Source: an uncultured Actinomycetes bacterium
GTDB taxonomy: Bacteria > Actinomycetota > Thermoleophilia > Gaiellales > Gaiellaceae
Direction of reading: 5' to 3'
Length of the DNA stretch: 64,000 bases
Assembly (NCBI GenBank): GCA_963712465.1
Contig: CAVQHY010000007.1
Location: 81,379 to 145,378 of the forward strand
Below are positions 26,474 through 34,879 of the stretch, piece by piece. The position numbers and the translations under genes were made by a program. Position 1 is the first letter of the stretch. Each line of letters opens with the position of its first letter. The notes beneath the pieces are model-generated. The model was given only the letters and a program-made list of their open reading frames with translations. It did not search any database and had not been told where the DNA came from.

Positions 26474-28249
26474 ATGATCGGTCGATCTGACGGCGTCCAG
26501 CGTGAGCCGCTGCACCCGTCGCCTCTTCCGGTGACAGAGCTCGCAGCCACGAGGACAGGACGCGGATCGCGGCCGGCAGGTCGTGGCATTCGTGCCGAGA
26601 TCGGTGTCGGCATCGTCGTGGGGGCCGTCCTCGCCTGCACCGCGCTCGTTCCGCTCGGGTACCTGCTGTGGCGCACGTTCGTCCGTGACGGCGCGTTTTC
26701 GCTCGACTCGTTTCGGCGGGCCTACGACGAGCAGGGCCTCGGCGAGATGATCGGCAACTCCTTGGCGTTCTCGCTCGGGACGACCATCCTGGCCGTCGCC
26801 ATCGGGACGTGCCTCGCCTACCTGGTCGTACGTACCGACTTCCCCGGGCGGCCGCTGCTCACCCTGGTCGCGCTCGGGCCGTTCGCCGTTCCAGGCGTCC
26901 TCTACGCGGTCGCCTGGATCTTCCTCGCGAGCCCCAACTCGGGCGCGATCAACCGTCTGCTGGAGCCGGCGCTCGGCAGCGGAGCCCTGGACGTCTTCAC
27001 GCTTCAGGGCATGATCGTCGTGGAGGGCTTTCACCTGACGCCGATCGCGTTCCTCGTCATGGCCGCGGCGTTCCGCTCGCTCGACCCCGCTCTCGAGGAT
27101 GCGGCAATCGCGAGCGGCGCGTCGCTCAGGATGACTCTTCGGCGGATCACGCTCCGCCTCGTCGCCCCCGCGCTGGGCGCCGCGGCCCTGCTCGTCGCCG
27201 TCCGTGCGCTCGAGGCCTTCGAGGTGCCCGCCCTCATCGGCATCCCCGGCGGGGTCTGGGTCTTCACCTCACGGATCTACCGATCGACCTCGGAGTATCC
27301 GTACGACCTCGGCCAGACGGGCGCCTTCGCCATCTCGCTGCTCGCCCTGACTCTCATCGGCGTGGTCGCTCTGGCCCGGATCACCCGGAGGGAACGGAGC
27401 TACCAGACGATGACGGGTCGCGGACATCGACCCCGCCCCGTGTCGCTCGGACGGTGGCGCAGGCCGGCGATCGCCCTCGTGACGCTGTACGCGGCCGTGG
27501 CCGTCGTCCTGCCCGTCCTGATCCTCGTCTACACCTCCACCCAGCCGTTCTACGCGCCACCGTCGCTGGCGCGGCTCGGCGACGCCAGCCTCTCGAGCTA
27601 CGCCGCCGTGCTGAGCGACCCGGGGACGTTCCGGGCGCTCGGCAACTCGGCGCTGCTCGCGTTCGGCGCAGCGACCGCGGTCGTCGTCTTCAGCGCCGTC
27701 GCCGCGTGGCTCGTCGTCCGGACCCGCGTACCGGGCCGCCGGCTCGTCGACAGCGCCGCTTTCCTCCCGATCGCGATCCCGGGCATCGTGCTGGGCGTGG
27801 CGTTCGTCGCCCTCTCCCTGCAGCTGCCGCTCGGCCTCTACGGGACGCTCTGGATCCTTCTGCTGGCGTACTTCACGGAGTTCCTGGCATACGGGATGCG
27901 ATACTCGTCCGTCTCGATGGGTCAGATCGGCTCCGAGCTGGAGGAGTCGGCTCGCGTCAGCGGCGCCGGGTGGTGGCCGACCTTCCGGCGAGTGCTCGTG
28001 CCGCTCGTCGCGCCCGGCCTGATCGTCGGCTGGTTGTACGTGTTCGTCGCGGCGATCCGTGAGCTCTCCGCCTCGATCCTCCTCTACACACCGGGAAACG
28101 AAGTGCTCTCCCTGACGATCTGGAACCGGTACGAGAACGGCGACTTCGGTGAGCTCGCCGCCCTCGGCGTGCTCATGGTCGCCGGCCTCGGCGTGCTCGT
28201 CTTCGCGGCCTACCGGCTCGCGCCGATCCTCAACCTCCGCGACGTATGA
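26474..28249 (+). CDS. ABC transporter permease with duplicated transmembrane domain (FbpB/ThiP-like).
   Basis: Two internally repeated 6-TM halves, each with an EAA-like loop (ALEDAAIASGAS... and ELEESARVSGAG...). Start uncertain: GC3 only becomes coding-like near the in-frame GTG at 26618. Confidence 0.8.
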   Translation: MIGRSDGVQREPLHPSPLPVTELAATRTGRGSRPAGRGIRAEIGVGIVVGAVLACTALVPLGYLLWRTFVRDGAFSLDSFRRAYDEQGLGEMIGNSLAFSLGTTILAVAIGTCLAYLVVRTDFPGRPLLTLVALGPFAVPGVLYAVAWIFLASPNSGAINRLLEPALGSGALDVFTLQGMIVVEGFHLTPIAFLVMAAAFRSLDPALEDAAIASGASLRMTLRRITLRLVAPALGAAALLVAVRALEAFEVPALIGIPGGVWVFTSRIYRSTSEYPYDLGQTGAFAISLLALTLIGVVALARITRRERSYQTMTGRGHRPRPVSLGRWRRPAIALVTLYAAVAVVLPVLILVYTSTQPFYAPPSLARLGDASLSSYAAVLSDPGTFRALGNSALLAFGAATAVVVFSAVAAWLVVRTRVPGRRLVDSAAFLPIAIPGIVLGVAFVALSLQLPLGLYGTLWILLLAYFTEFLAYGMRYSSVSMGQIGSELEESARVSGAGWWPTFRRVLVPLVAPGLIVGWLYVFVAAIRELSASILLYTPGNEVLSLTIWNRYENGDFGELAALGVLMVAGLGVLVFAAYRLAPILNLRDV

Positions 28250-29367
28250 CGGGGCTTCGGGTCGAAGAGCTCACGAAGCGCTTCGAGCACTCCCGACGCG
28301 ACGCGGGGCGCAACACCGCAGTCGAAGAGCTCACGTTCTCCGCCGCGCCGGGGACGCTGTTCACGTTGCTCGGCCCGTCGGGCTGCGGCAAGACCACGAC
28401 GCTTCGCTGCATCGCGGGGCTCGAGCGCCCGGACAGGGGCACGGTCGCCCTCGACGGCTGCACGCTGTTCTCGTCAGCCGCCGGAATCGACGTTCCGGCC
28501 AGCGAGCGTGGCCTCGGCATGGTCTTCCAGTCCTCGGCGATCTGGCCGCACATGACCGCGCACGCCAACGTCGCCTTCCCGCTCGTCGCCGCACCCCGAC
28601 GCCGTCGGCTGCCGGGCCCGGTGATCGCCGAGCGGGTCGAGCGGGCGCTCAACGTCGTTCAGCTCGGCGAACTGGCCGGCCGGCGCGCCACCGATCTGTC
28701 CGGTGGGGAGCAGCAGCGACTCGCGCTGGCGCGCGCACTCGTCCTCGAGCCACCGCTCCTCCTTCTGGACGAGCCACTCTCCAATCTTGACGCCCGGCTT
28801 CGTGACGAGATGCGCTTCGAGCTCAGACGGCTGCAGAGCGCCGTCGGCGTAACGACGGTCTACGTCACCCACGACCAGGCCGAGGCGCTCGCGCTGTCCG
28901 ACGCCGTCGCGGTCATGCGCGACGGCCAGATCGACCAGATCGGCCGGCCCGCAGACGTGTACGAGCGCCCGGCCTCCCGTTTCGTGGCCGACTTCATCGG
29001 CGCCGCGAACCTCCTGCGTGGCTCCGTCGTCGAGCGCCGCAACGGCACCATCGCGGTGCAGACGGACGCGGGAACGCTGCTTGCCACCGCTCCGACCTCG
29101 CCGCAGAGCGCCAACCGAGTCCTGGTCGTCGTGCGGCCCGAGAACGTCGAGATCGGGCCGGAGGACAACCCCGAGCACGGGGAGCCTGCGTGGCGTGGGG
29201 TTGTTGCACAGCGAGCGTTTCTCGGCGACCGCATCGACTACGTCGTGCGCGTTGGCTCCGTCGACGTCCGCGTCCGAACGGACGCACGGCGGCCGCTCGA
29301 CCCGGGGTCGCGCGTGTCGCTCCGCGTGCCGCCGTACCTTTGCTCGATCGTGTCGGCCGAGCCGTGA
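28246..29367 (+). CDS. ABC transporter ATP-binding protein (PotA/FbpC type with C-terminal TOBE-like domain).
   Basis: Walker A GPSGCGKTT, signature LSGGEQQRLALARAL, Walker B LLLLDEPLS. ATGA overlap with the permease gene. Confidence 0.9.
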   Translation: MTGLRVEELTKRFEHSRRDAGRNTAVEELTFSAAPGTLFTLLGPSGCGKTTTLRCIAGLERPDRGTVALDGCTLFSSAAGIDVPASERGLGMVFQSSAIWPHMTAHANVAFPLVAAPRRRRLPGPVIAERVERALNVVQLGELAGRRATDLSGGEQQRLALARALVLEPPLLLLDEPLSNLDARLRDEMRFELRRLQSAVGVTTVYVTHDQAEALALSDAVAVMRDGQIDQIGRPADVYERPASRFVADFIGAANLLRGSVVERRNGTIAVQTDAGTLLATAPTSPQSANRVLVVVRPENVEIGPEDNPEHGEPAWRGVVAQRAFLGDRIDYVVRVGSVDVRVRTDARRPLDPGSRVSLRVPPYLCSIVSAEP

Positions 29368-30953
29368 GCGAGGCACTGGCCTTCGCACGCTTCGCGGGTG
29401 GCCTGCGAGGGTTCCTCCGCACCCCGGGGACGCTGGTCGAAGCGCGCGAGCTCGTCACGACCGCCATCGCTGCGCGCGAGGAGAACTTCTTGCGGGTGCT
29501 CGAACGCGGCATCTACGGGCGCGCGGGAAACCCGGTCCGCGCCCTGCTGCTCCATGCGGGAGTGGAGTTCGGAGACGTTGCGGGCCTCGTGCGCTCGGTC
29601 GGGCTGGAGGAGGCGCTTCGTCGGCTTCACGGCGAGGGCGTCTACGTCTCAATCGAGGAGTTCAAGGGCGGCAAGCCGATCGAGCGTGCCGGTCTCTCGC
29701 TCCCGACGACGAGCGCGAGCTTCGACAATCCGTTGCTCGCGAAGTCCTACTCGGGCAGGACGGGTGGCTCGCGCAGCGCTGGGCGTCGCATCAAGGTCGA
29801 CCTCGACCTCGTCGCTCACGAGACGGCCTACGACTGGCTCACCTACGAGGCCCACGGAGCGTTGCCGGACCGCCGGTCGGCGCTGTGGCGCCCGGTGCCG
29901 CCCGGTATCGCCGGCCTCAAGAACGCCCTTCGCCACGCGAAGCGACGTGTTCCGCTGGAGCACTGGTTCACGCAGACGCCGTTCAGCCCTCGTCACGGCG
30001 CCGGCCGCGACTACGCTCTGGGTCTGACCGTTCTCGCCGCGGCTCGCGCAGCGGGAGCAGGTCTTCCCTGGCCGGAGCACGTGCCCGCAGGACGGGCTTC
30101 GCGGGTCGCCCGCTGGCTCGCGGGGCATCGAGCCCGGGGCACACCTGGTTTCCTGTCGACGCCTGCAAGCTCCGCGGTGCGCGTCTGCCTGACCGCGCGC
30201 GAGCTCGGGCTCGACATCTCGGGTTCGATCCTCCGAATCGGCGGCGAGCCGTTCACAGAGGGCAAGGCCCGCGTGCACGCGGATGCCGGCTGCACGACGA
30301 TCCAGAACTACGCCATGGGGGAGCTCGGCCGCGTCGGCATCAACTGTGCGGATCCGGTCGCGCTCGACGATTTCCACATCGCCACCGACCTCCTCGCCGT
30401 TGTTCAGCGCAGCCGGTCGGTCGGCTCGCACGGCGACGAGGTCGGCTCGTTCCTGTTCACGACGCTTCACCCGGCCAGCCCCAAGCTCTTCGTCAACTTC
30501 GAATGCGGAGACTTCGGGGTGCTCGAGCAGCGCCGCTGCGGCTGCAGCCTCGGCGCGCTCGGCTACTCGACCCACGTCCATACGATCCGGAGCCACGAGA
30601 AGCTGACCAGCGAAGGGATGACCTATCTTGGCTCCGACCTGATCCGACTCGTCGAGGACGTCCTGCCCGCACGGTTCGGCGGCGGGCCGGCCGACTACCA
30701 GCTTGTCGAGCAGGAGATCGAAGGAATCCCGCGGGTGTCGATCGTCGTCAGCCCGAGACTCGGGGCGATCGACGACCCCTCCGTGGTCGAGACAGTACTC
30801 GGCGAGCTCGGCTCGGGCCGCGCCTATCGCGGGATGATGGCCCGTGTCCTGCGAGAGGCGGAGACGCTCCGGGTCGTCCGTGCAGAGCCATACGTGACCG
30901 CGGGGGCGAAGGTCTCGCCGCTGCACGTGCTCGGTCGAGCGGACGGCAGGTGA
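29364..30953 (+). CDS. Divergent adenylate-forming enzyme (PaaK/LuxE/coenzyme-F390-synthetase-like superfamily).
   Basis: GTG 29364 overlaps the ATPase stop (GTGA). SGRTGGSRSAG is a P-loop-like motif in the position of the PaaK SSGTTG motif. C-terminal CGCSLG...HTIRSHEKLTSEGMTY resembles the PaaK C.CGR...GR.D motif region. Assignment is by eye only. Confidence 0.5.
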   Translation: MSEALAFARFAGGLRGFLRTPGTLVEARELVTTAIAAREENFLRVLERGIYGRAGNPVRALLLHAGVEFGDVAGLVRSVGLEEALRRLHGEGVYVSIEEFKGGKPIERAGLSLPTTSASFDNPLLAKSYSGRTGGSRSAGRRIKVDLDLVAHETAYDWLTYEAHGALPDRRSALWRPVPPGIAGLKNALRHAKRRVPLEHWFTQTPFSPRHGAGRDYALGLTVLAAARAAGAGLPWPEHVPAGRASRVARWLAGHRARGTPGFLSTPASSAVRVCLTARELGLDISGSILRIGGEPFTEGKARVHADAGCTTIQNYAMGELGRVGINCADPVALDDFHIATDLLAVVQRSRSVGSHGDEVGSFLFTTLHPASPKLFVNFECGDFGVLEQRRCGCSLGALGYSTHVHTIRSHEKLTSEGMTYLGSDLIRLVEDVLPARFGGGPADYQLVEQEIEGIPRVSIVVSPRLGAIDDPSVVETVLGELGSGRAYRGMMARVLREAETLRVVRAEPYVTAGAKVSPLHVLGRADGR

Positions 30954-31765
30954 CGACTGCATCCCACGAGGCCCGCTGGGACGACTTCGCCGAGCTCTGG
31001 CTCGAGGAACGTCCGCAGCGGCTCTGGCGCCTGCACTCCGACGCTGTCAACCGAACGCTGCTCGCGGCGTGGCTCCCCCCTGTGCCGGGCCGCGTGCTCA
31101 AGACCGACCTGTTCGACGAAGTCGCTTCGGTGGGTCTCGTGCCATCGTTGCTCGCCCGCGCGGAAGAGGTCGTGGGCATCGACGTCTCCGAGCGCGTCGT
31201 CGAGGCCTCGACACGGGCCAATCCCGGTCTGGTGGCGCTCCGGGCGGACGTCCGCCGGCTGCCGTTTGCCGACGCGTTCTTCGACTGCATCGTCTCGAAC
31301 TCCACCCTCGACCACCTCTCCTGCGAGGCCGATGTCGCGCAGGCCCTCTCGGAGCTCGCGCGGGTACTGGCGCCGGGCGGACACCTCGTGCTTACGCTCG
31401 ACAACCCGCTCAACCCGGCCGTCGCGCTGCGGCGGGCGATCCCGGGCGCCGCGTTCGATCGGATCTGGCGCCGCCACCCTCGCCTTGCCGTGCGTGTCCT
31501 GCCCGAACGGGTGCGCTGGACCTGCGGTTCGGACGGGTTGAAGCGGCTGCTCCACCAGGCAGGGCTGACGACGCTCGAAGTCGGCGCCGTACTCCACGCT
31601 CCGCGGGCGCTTGCCGTCGTCGTCGCCGACGCGCTCGACGGCCGCTCCGGCCGTACGTACCTACGGGCACTCGACAGCCTCGAGTCGCTTGGCCGGCTGC
31701 CGACGAGAGCCGTGACCGGCCATTTCGTCGCGGCCCACGCTCAGCGCCCCCCGGGCCTGTGCTGA
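30950..31765 (+). CDS. Class I SAM-dependent methyltransferase (Methyltransf_11-like).
   Basis: GTG 30950 overlaps the upstream stop (GTGA). VVGIDVSERVVE...LRADVRRLPFADAFFDCIVSNSTLDHL...LARVLAPGGHLVLT. Confidence 0.7.
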   Translation: MTTASHEARWDDFAELWLEERPQRLWRLHSDAVNRTLLAAWLPPVPGRVLKTDLFDEVASVGLVPSLLARAEEVVGIDVSERVVEASTRANPGLVALRADVRRLPFADAFFDCIVSNSTLDHLSCEADVAQALSELARVLAPGGHLVLTLDNPLNPAVALRRAIPGAAFDRIWRRHPRLAVRVLPERVRWTCGSDGLKRLLHQAGLTTLEVGAVLHAPRALAVVVADALDGRSGRTYLRALDSLESLGRLPTRAVTGHFVAAHAQRPPGLC

Positions 31766-33096
31766 GCTCCCTCCGCGGGACGGGGATCGTCATTGGTGCC
31801 GCCCTGCGAGACCGAGGCGCCCCGACTCTCGATCCGGAGCGGCTCCAGGCCCGGCGCGATGCCCGTGCCCGCCAGATGGTCCGCTACGCCTCCGAGACGG
31901 TGCCCCACTACCGGGAGCTCTTCACGCGCGAGGGCATCGACCCGCGCGAGATCGCAGGAGCCCAGGATCTCCAGCGCCTCCCGATCATCGAGAAGGAGGA
32001 GCTCCGAGCCGACCCGGAACGCTTTCGCTCGACCTCCGCCGACGCCGCCGACGCGCTCGCGTTCGAGTCCATGGGCACCTCGGGCGTCCCCGTGACCATC
32101 TACCACGATCGGCGGTCGCTGCTCGAGAACATTGCCTACGCCGAGCGCGAGCGCGCGGTCGTGTCGCGCCTCGCCGGCAAGAGCGTTCGCGCCGTCTACC
32201 TGCACGTGGCGACTCCGACCGGTATGGGGCGGCGCACGCAAGCCTTCTACCGCGCAGCCGCATATCTGCCGGTGCGCCCGCGCCGGGTGCGGGTTTCGTT
32301 GTACGAGCCGATCGACCGTCTCGGGGAGGCGATCGACCGCATTCGCCCGGACGTCGTCCGAGGCTGGGGCACGCATCTCGAGCTCCTCTTCAGAGCGCTG
32401 CTCGAGCGCGGATATCGCGGGCATCTCCCCCGCGTCGTCAGCTACGCGAGCGAGGGGATGTCTCCGGAGGGAAAGCTGTTTTTCGAGCTGGAGCTCGGCC
32501 TTCCGGTCGTGTCGAGCTACGCGGCCGTCGAGAGCTTCAGGATCGCGTTCACGTGCGAGGAACGGCGCGACTTCCACGTCCACGACGATCTCTGCCACGT
32601 CCGCCTCGTCGGCCCCGACGGCCGCGACGTCCCGTCCGGCTCGGAGGGCGAGGTCGTGATCTCGAACTTGATCAACAGGGGGACCGTGCTCCTGAACTAT
32701 CGCCTGGGCGACCTCGCCTCGGTGGCGGGCCCGTGCCTGTGCGGGCGAACGTTGCCGCTACTGTCGGGCGTGCGAGGCCGCACGTCGGAGCTCGTCACGC
32801 TTCCCGACGGCACCCTCATCCACCCCGTCGCCGTCTGGGAGGTCATGCGCGGGCGACCCGGTCTCGTTCGCTACCAGCTCGTGCAGCTCGGACCGGCTCG
32901 GTTCACGCTCAAGCTCGTGACCTCGGATCGGGAGACGTACGAGCACCATGCCGCCGGCGCCGCCGTGGACATGTCGAGGTTTCTCCGCGGAGCGACCGTC
33001 GAGCCGGAGTTCGTCCCACTCGCTGAGGCGGGCACGGTCGGGAAGTTCACACGCGTCGTCGCCCTGAAGCCCGGCGGCGGCTACACACCGCGTTGA
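31759..33096 (+). CDS. Phenylacetate-CoA ligase family protein (PaaK/CapK/coenzyme-F390-synthetase-like).
   Basis: [15 protein letters not shown]...[14 protein letters not shown]...[14 protein letters not shown]...[24 protein letters not shown]...[29 protein letters not shown] 31759 overlaps the methyltransferase gene by 7 nt. Confidence 0.75.
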   Translation: MLSSLRGTGIVIGAALRDRGAPTLDPERLQARRDARARQMVRYASETVPHYRELFTREGIDPREIAGAQDLQRLPIIEKEELRADPERFRSTSADAADALAFESMGTSGVPVTIYHDRRSLLENIAYAERERAVVSRLAGKSVRAVYLHVATPTGMGRRTQAFYRAAAYLPVRPRRVRVSLYEPIDRLGEAIDRIRPDVVRGWGTHLELLFRALLERGYRGHLPRVVSYASEGMSPEGKLFFELELGLPVVSSYAAVESFRIAFTCEERRDFHVHDDLCHVRLVGPDGRDVPSGSEGEVVISNLINRGTVLLNYRLGDLASVAGPCLCGRTLPLLSGVRGRTSELVTLPDGTLIHPVAVWEVMRGRPGLVRYQLVQLGPARFTLKLVTSDRETYEHHAAGAAVDMSRFLRGATVEPEFVPLAEAGTVGKFTRVVALKPGGGYTPR

Positions 33097-33102
33097 CCCC
33101 CG

Positions 33103-33118
33103 GCGCCGCCGACGGCGC
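33103..33118. terminator. Short GC hairpin between convergent stop codons.
   Basis: GCGCCG-CCGA-CGGCGC in the 22-nt gap between stops at 33096 (+) and 33119 (-). No U-tract. Confidence 0.25.
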
Positions 33119-34096
33119 TCAGCCGAGCCCCGCGAGAACGGCGTCGCCGAACGCTCGCGTGGACGCCGTCCCGCCCAGGTCCGCGGTCGGCTGCTCACGG
33201 AGGGCACGGTCGACGGCATCCTCGAGCCGCGCGGCCTCCGCGGGCCTGTCGAGGCCGTGCGTGAGCATCAGCGCGGTCGAGCGCAGCATCGCCGCAGGGT
33301 TCGCGATTCCCTTCCCCGCGATGTCCGGAGCCGAGCCGTGCACCGGCTCGAAGAGCCCCGGGCCGCGGTCGCCGAGGCTCGCCGAGCCCGCAAGGCCAAG
33401 GCCGCCGGCAACCGCGGCGGCCTCGTCCGAGAGGATGTCGCCGAACATGTTCTCGGTCACGACGACGTCGAACCGCTGGGGCGCCTCGACGAGCTGCATG
33501 GCGGCGTTGTCGACGAGCATGTGCTCGAGCTCGACGTCTGCGTAGTCGTCCGCCATGCCCGACACCACCTTGCGCCACATGCGTGAGGTCTCGAGGACGT
33601 TCGCCTTGTCCACGGACGTGAGCCTTCCTCTGCGGCCGCGGGCGAGCTCGAATGCGCGGCGGCCGATCCGCTCGACCTGGTGCGGGTGGTACTCGCACGT
33701 GTCGAAGACGGTGCCGTCGGCTCGTGTCCCGCTCGCGCCGAAGTAGATCCCGCCCACGAGCTCGCGGACGATCAGCAGGTCGACGTCCCCCCGCCGCGAG
33801 GGGCGCAGGTTCGCGTAGACGTCGAGCTCCGCCCGGAGCCGGAGCAGCCCCTGCTCGGGGCGGATGTCCGCGGCGTCGTAGTCCGGGGCGCCAATCGGCC
33901 CCTTGAGCACGGCATCCGCCGCGCGGCACGCCTCGAGCGTCTCCTCTGGGAGCGGCGTCCCGTGCGTGCGGATGGCCGCCGCCCCGAACGGCGCCTCGAC
34001 GAGCGCAAGCTCGGGCGCGAGGACGCCCAGGACGCGCCTCGCCTCCTCAGCGATCTCCGGGCCGATGCAGTCGCCCGGCAGCAGGACGACGGTCAG
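33119..34096 (-). CDS. leuB: 3-isopropylmalate dehydrogenase-family oxidative decarboxylase (LeuB-like).
   Basis: [19 protein letters not shown]...[15 protein letters not shown]...VDKANVL...[27 protein letters not shown]...[19 protein letters not shown]. The only start compatible with the conserved N-terminus is CTG 34096, which overlaps the upstream stop. Specificity (IPM versus tartrate or malate) cannot be told from sequence alone. Confidence 0.75.
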   Translation of the reverse strand: MTVVLLPGDCIGPEIAEEARRVLGVLAPELALVEAPFGAAAIRTHGTPLPEETLEACRAADAVLKGPIGAPDYDAADIRPEQGLLRLRAELDVYANLRPSRRGDVDLLIVRELVGGIYFGASGTRADGTVFDTCEYHPHQVERIGRRAFELARGRRGRLTSVDKANVLETSRMWRKVVSGMADDYADVELEHMLVDNAAMQLVEAPQRFDVVVTENMFGDILSDEAAAVAGGLGLAGSASLGDRGPGLFEPVHGSAPDIAGKGIANPAAMLRSTALMLTHGLDRPAEAARLEDAVDRALREQPTADLGGTASTRAFGDAVLAGLG

Positions 34097-34746
34097 ACCG
34101 ACGCTCCAACCCTCCCCGGCACGCTCTCGACGTAGGCGATTGCCTCGTCGACGCCGACCACGTCCGCGTACTTCGCCTGGATGTCGAAGAGGTTTGCCTC
34201 GTGCGGGGCCCGGGCCCGGTCCCCCACGCACTCACGCGGGACGATCGCCGGAAAGCCGTTCTGGAGCAGGTCGATCGCCGTCGCGCGGACGCAGCCGCTC
34301 GTCGTCGCCCCGCAGAGAACGACCGTGTCCACCCCGGCGTTGACGAGGATCGCGACGAGGTTGGTGCCGAAGAAGGCCGAGGCGCCCTTCTTGACGAGGA
34401 CGGGCTCGTCGTCGCGCCGGCCGAGGCGCGGGTCGATCTCCACCCAGCGCCCCCCGAGCTCGAGGTCGGCGAGCGCGGGCAGCTTCTGGAGCCACAGCGA
34501 GCCGTCCCCCCCGCCCGGCGCGAAGCCGATCGTCGTGAACACGACCGGCACGCCTCTGGCGCGCGCAGCGTCGAGGAGACGTCGGGTCGCATCGACCTCG
34601 GCCGTCATCTCGGCACCGAGCCGGCTCTCGGGATCGGTGAAGCCGCAGGAGAAGTCGACGACGAGCACGGCCGGCTTCGACCCCAGGAGGAACTCACGCC
34701 CGAGCTCCGCCCTCGCGTAGGCCTCTCTGGCGGCGTCGTCGCTCAT
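34093..34746 (-). CDS. Isochorismatase-family hydrolase (N-carbamoylsarcosine amidase-like).
   Basis: AVLVVDFSCGFTDP...VPVVFTT...KKGASAFFGTNL...VLCGATTSGCVRATAIDLLQNGF has the catalytic Asp/Lys/Cys pattern. Paralog of the gene at 49160-49783. Confidence 0.8.
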   Translation of the reverse strand: MSDDAAREAYARAELGREFLLGSKPAVLVVDFSCGFTDPESRLGAEMTAEVDATRRLLDAARARGVPVVFTTIGFAPGGGDGSLWLQKLPALADLELGGRWVEIDPRLGRRDDEPVLVKKGASAFFGTNLVAILVNAGVDTVVLCGATTSGCVRATAIDLLQNGFPAIVPRECVGDRARAPHEANLFDIQAKYADVVGVDEAIAYVESVPGRVGASV

Positions 34747-34775
34747 CGTGTTTCTACCGTCTTGGCACAACCCGT

Positions 34776-34787
34776 CACAGATCTGTG
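34776..34787. promoter_or_regulatory. Perfect 12-bp palindrome CACAGATCTGTG (candidate operator) upstream of the isochorismatase-like gene.
   Basis: It lies about 30-40 nt upstream of ATG 34746, inside a 133-nt lower-GC gap. Confidence 0.3.
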
Positions 34788-34879
34788 CGTATTCGAGCGA
34801 TACGCTGAAGGCGGGTGGTGGGTGGTCCACTCCCCACCCAAGGGTGGGGTCCGGGCGCTCGCTCGACCCGGATAAGCGG

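Noticed and set aside
29018-31765. 915-aa ORF suggesting a huge fusion protein.
   Set aside because: Only its last 271 codons, from GTG 30950, look like a real protein (the methyltransferase). The upstream part is the shadow frame of the ATPase and ligase-1 genes.
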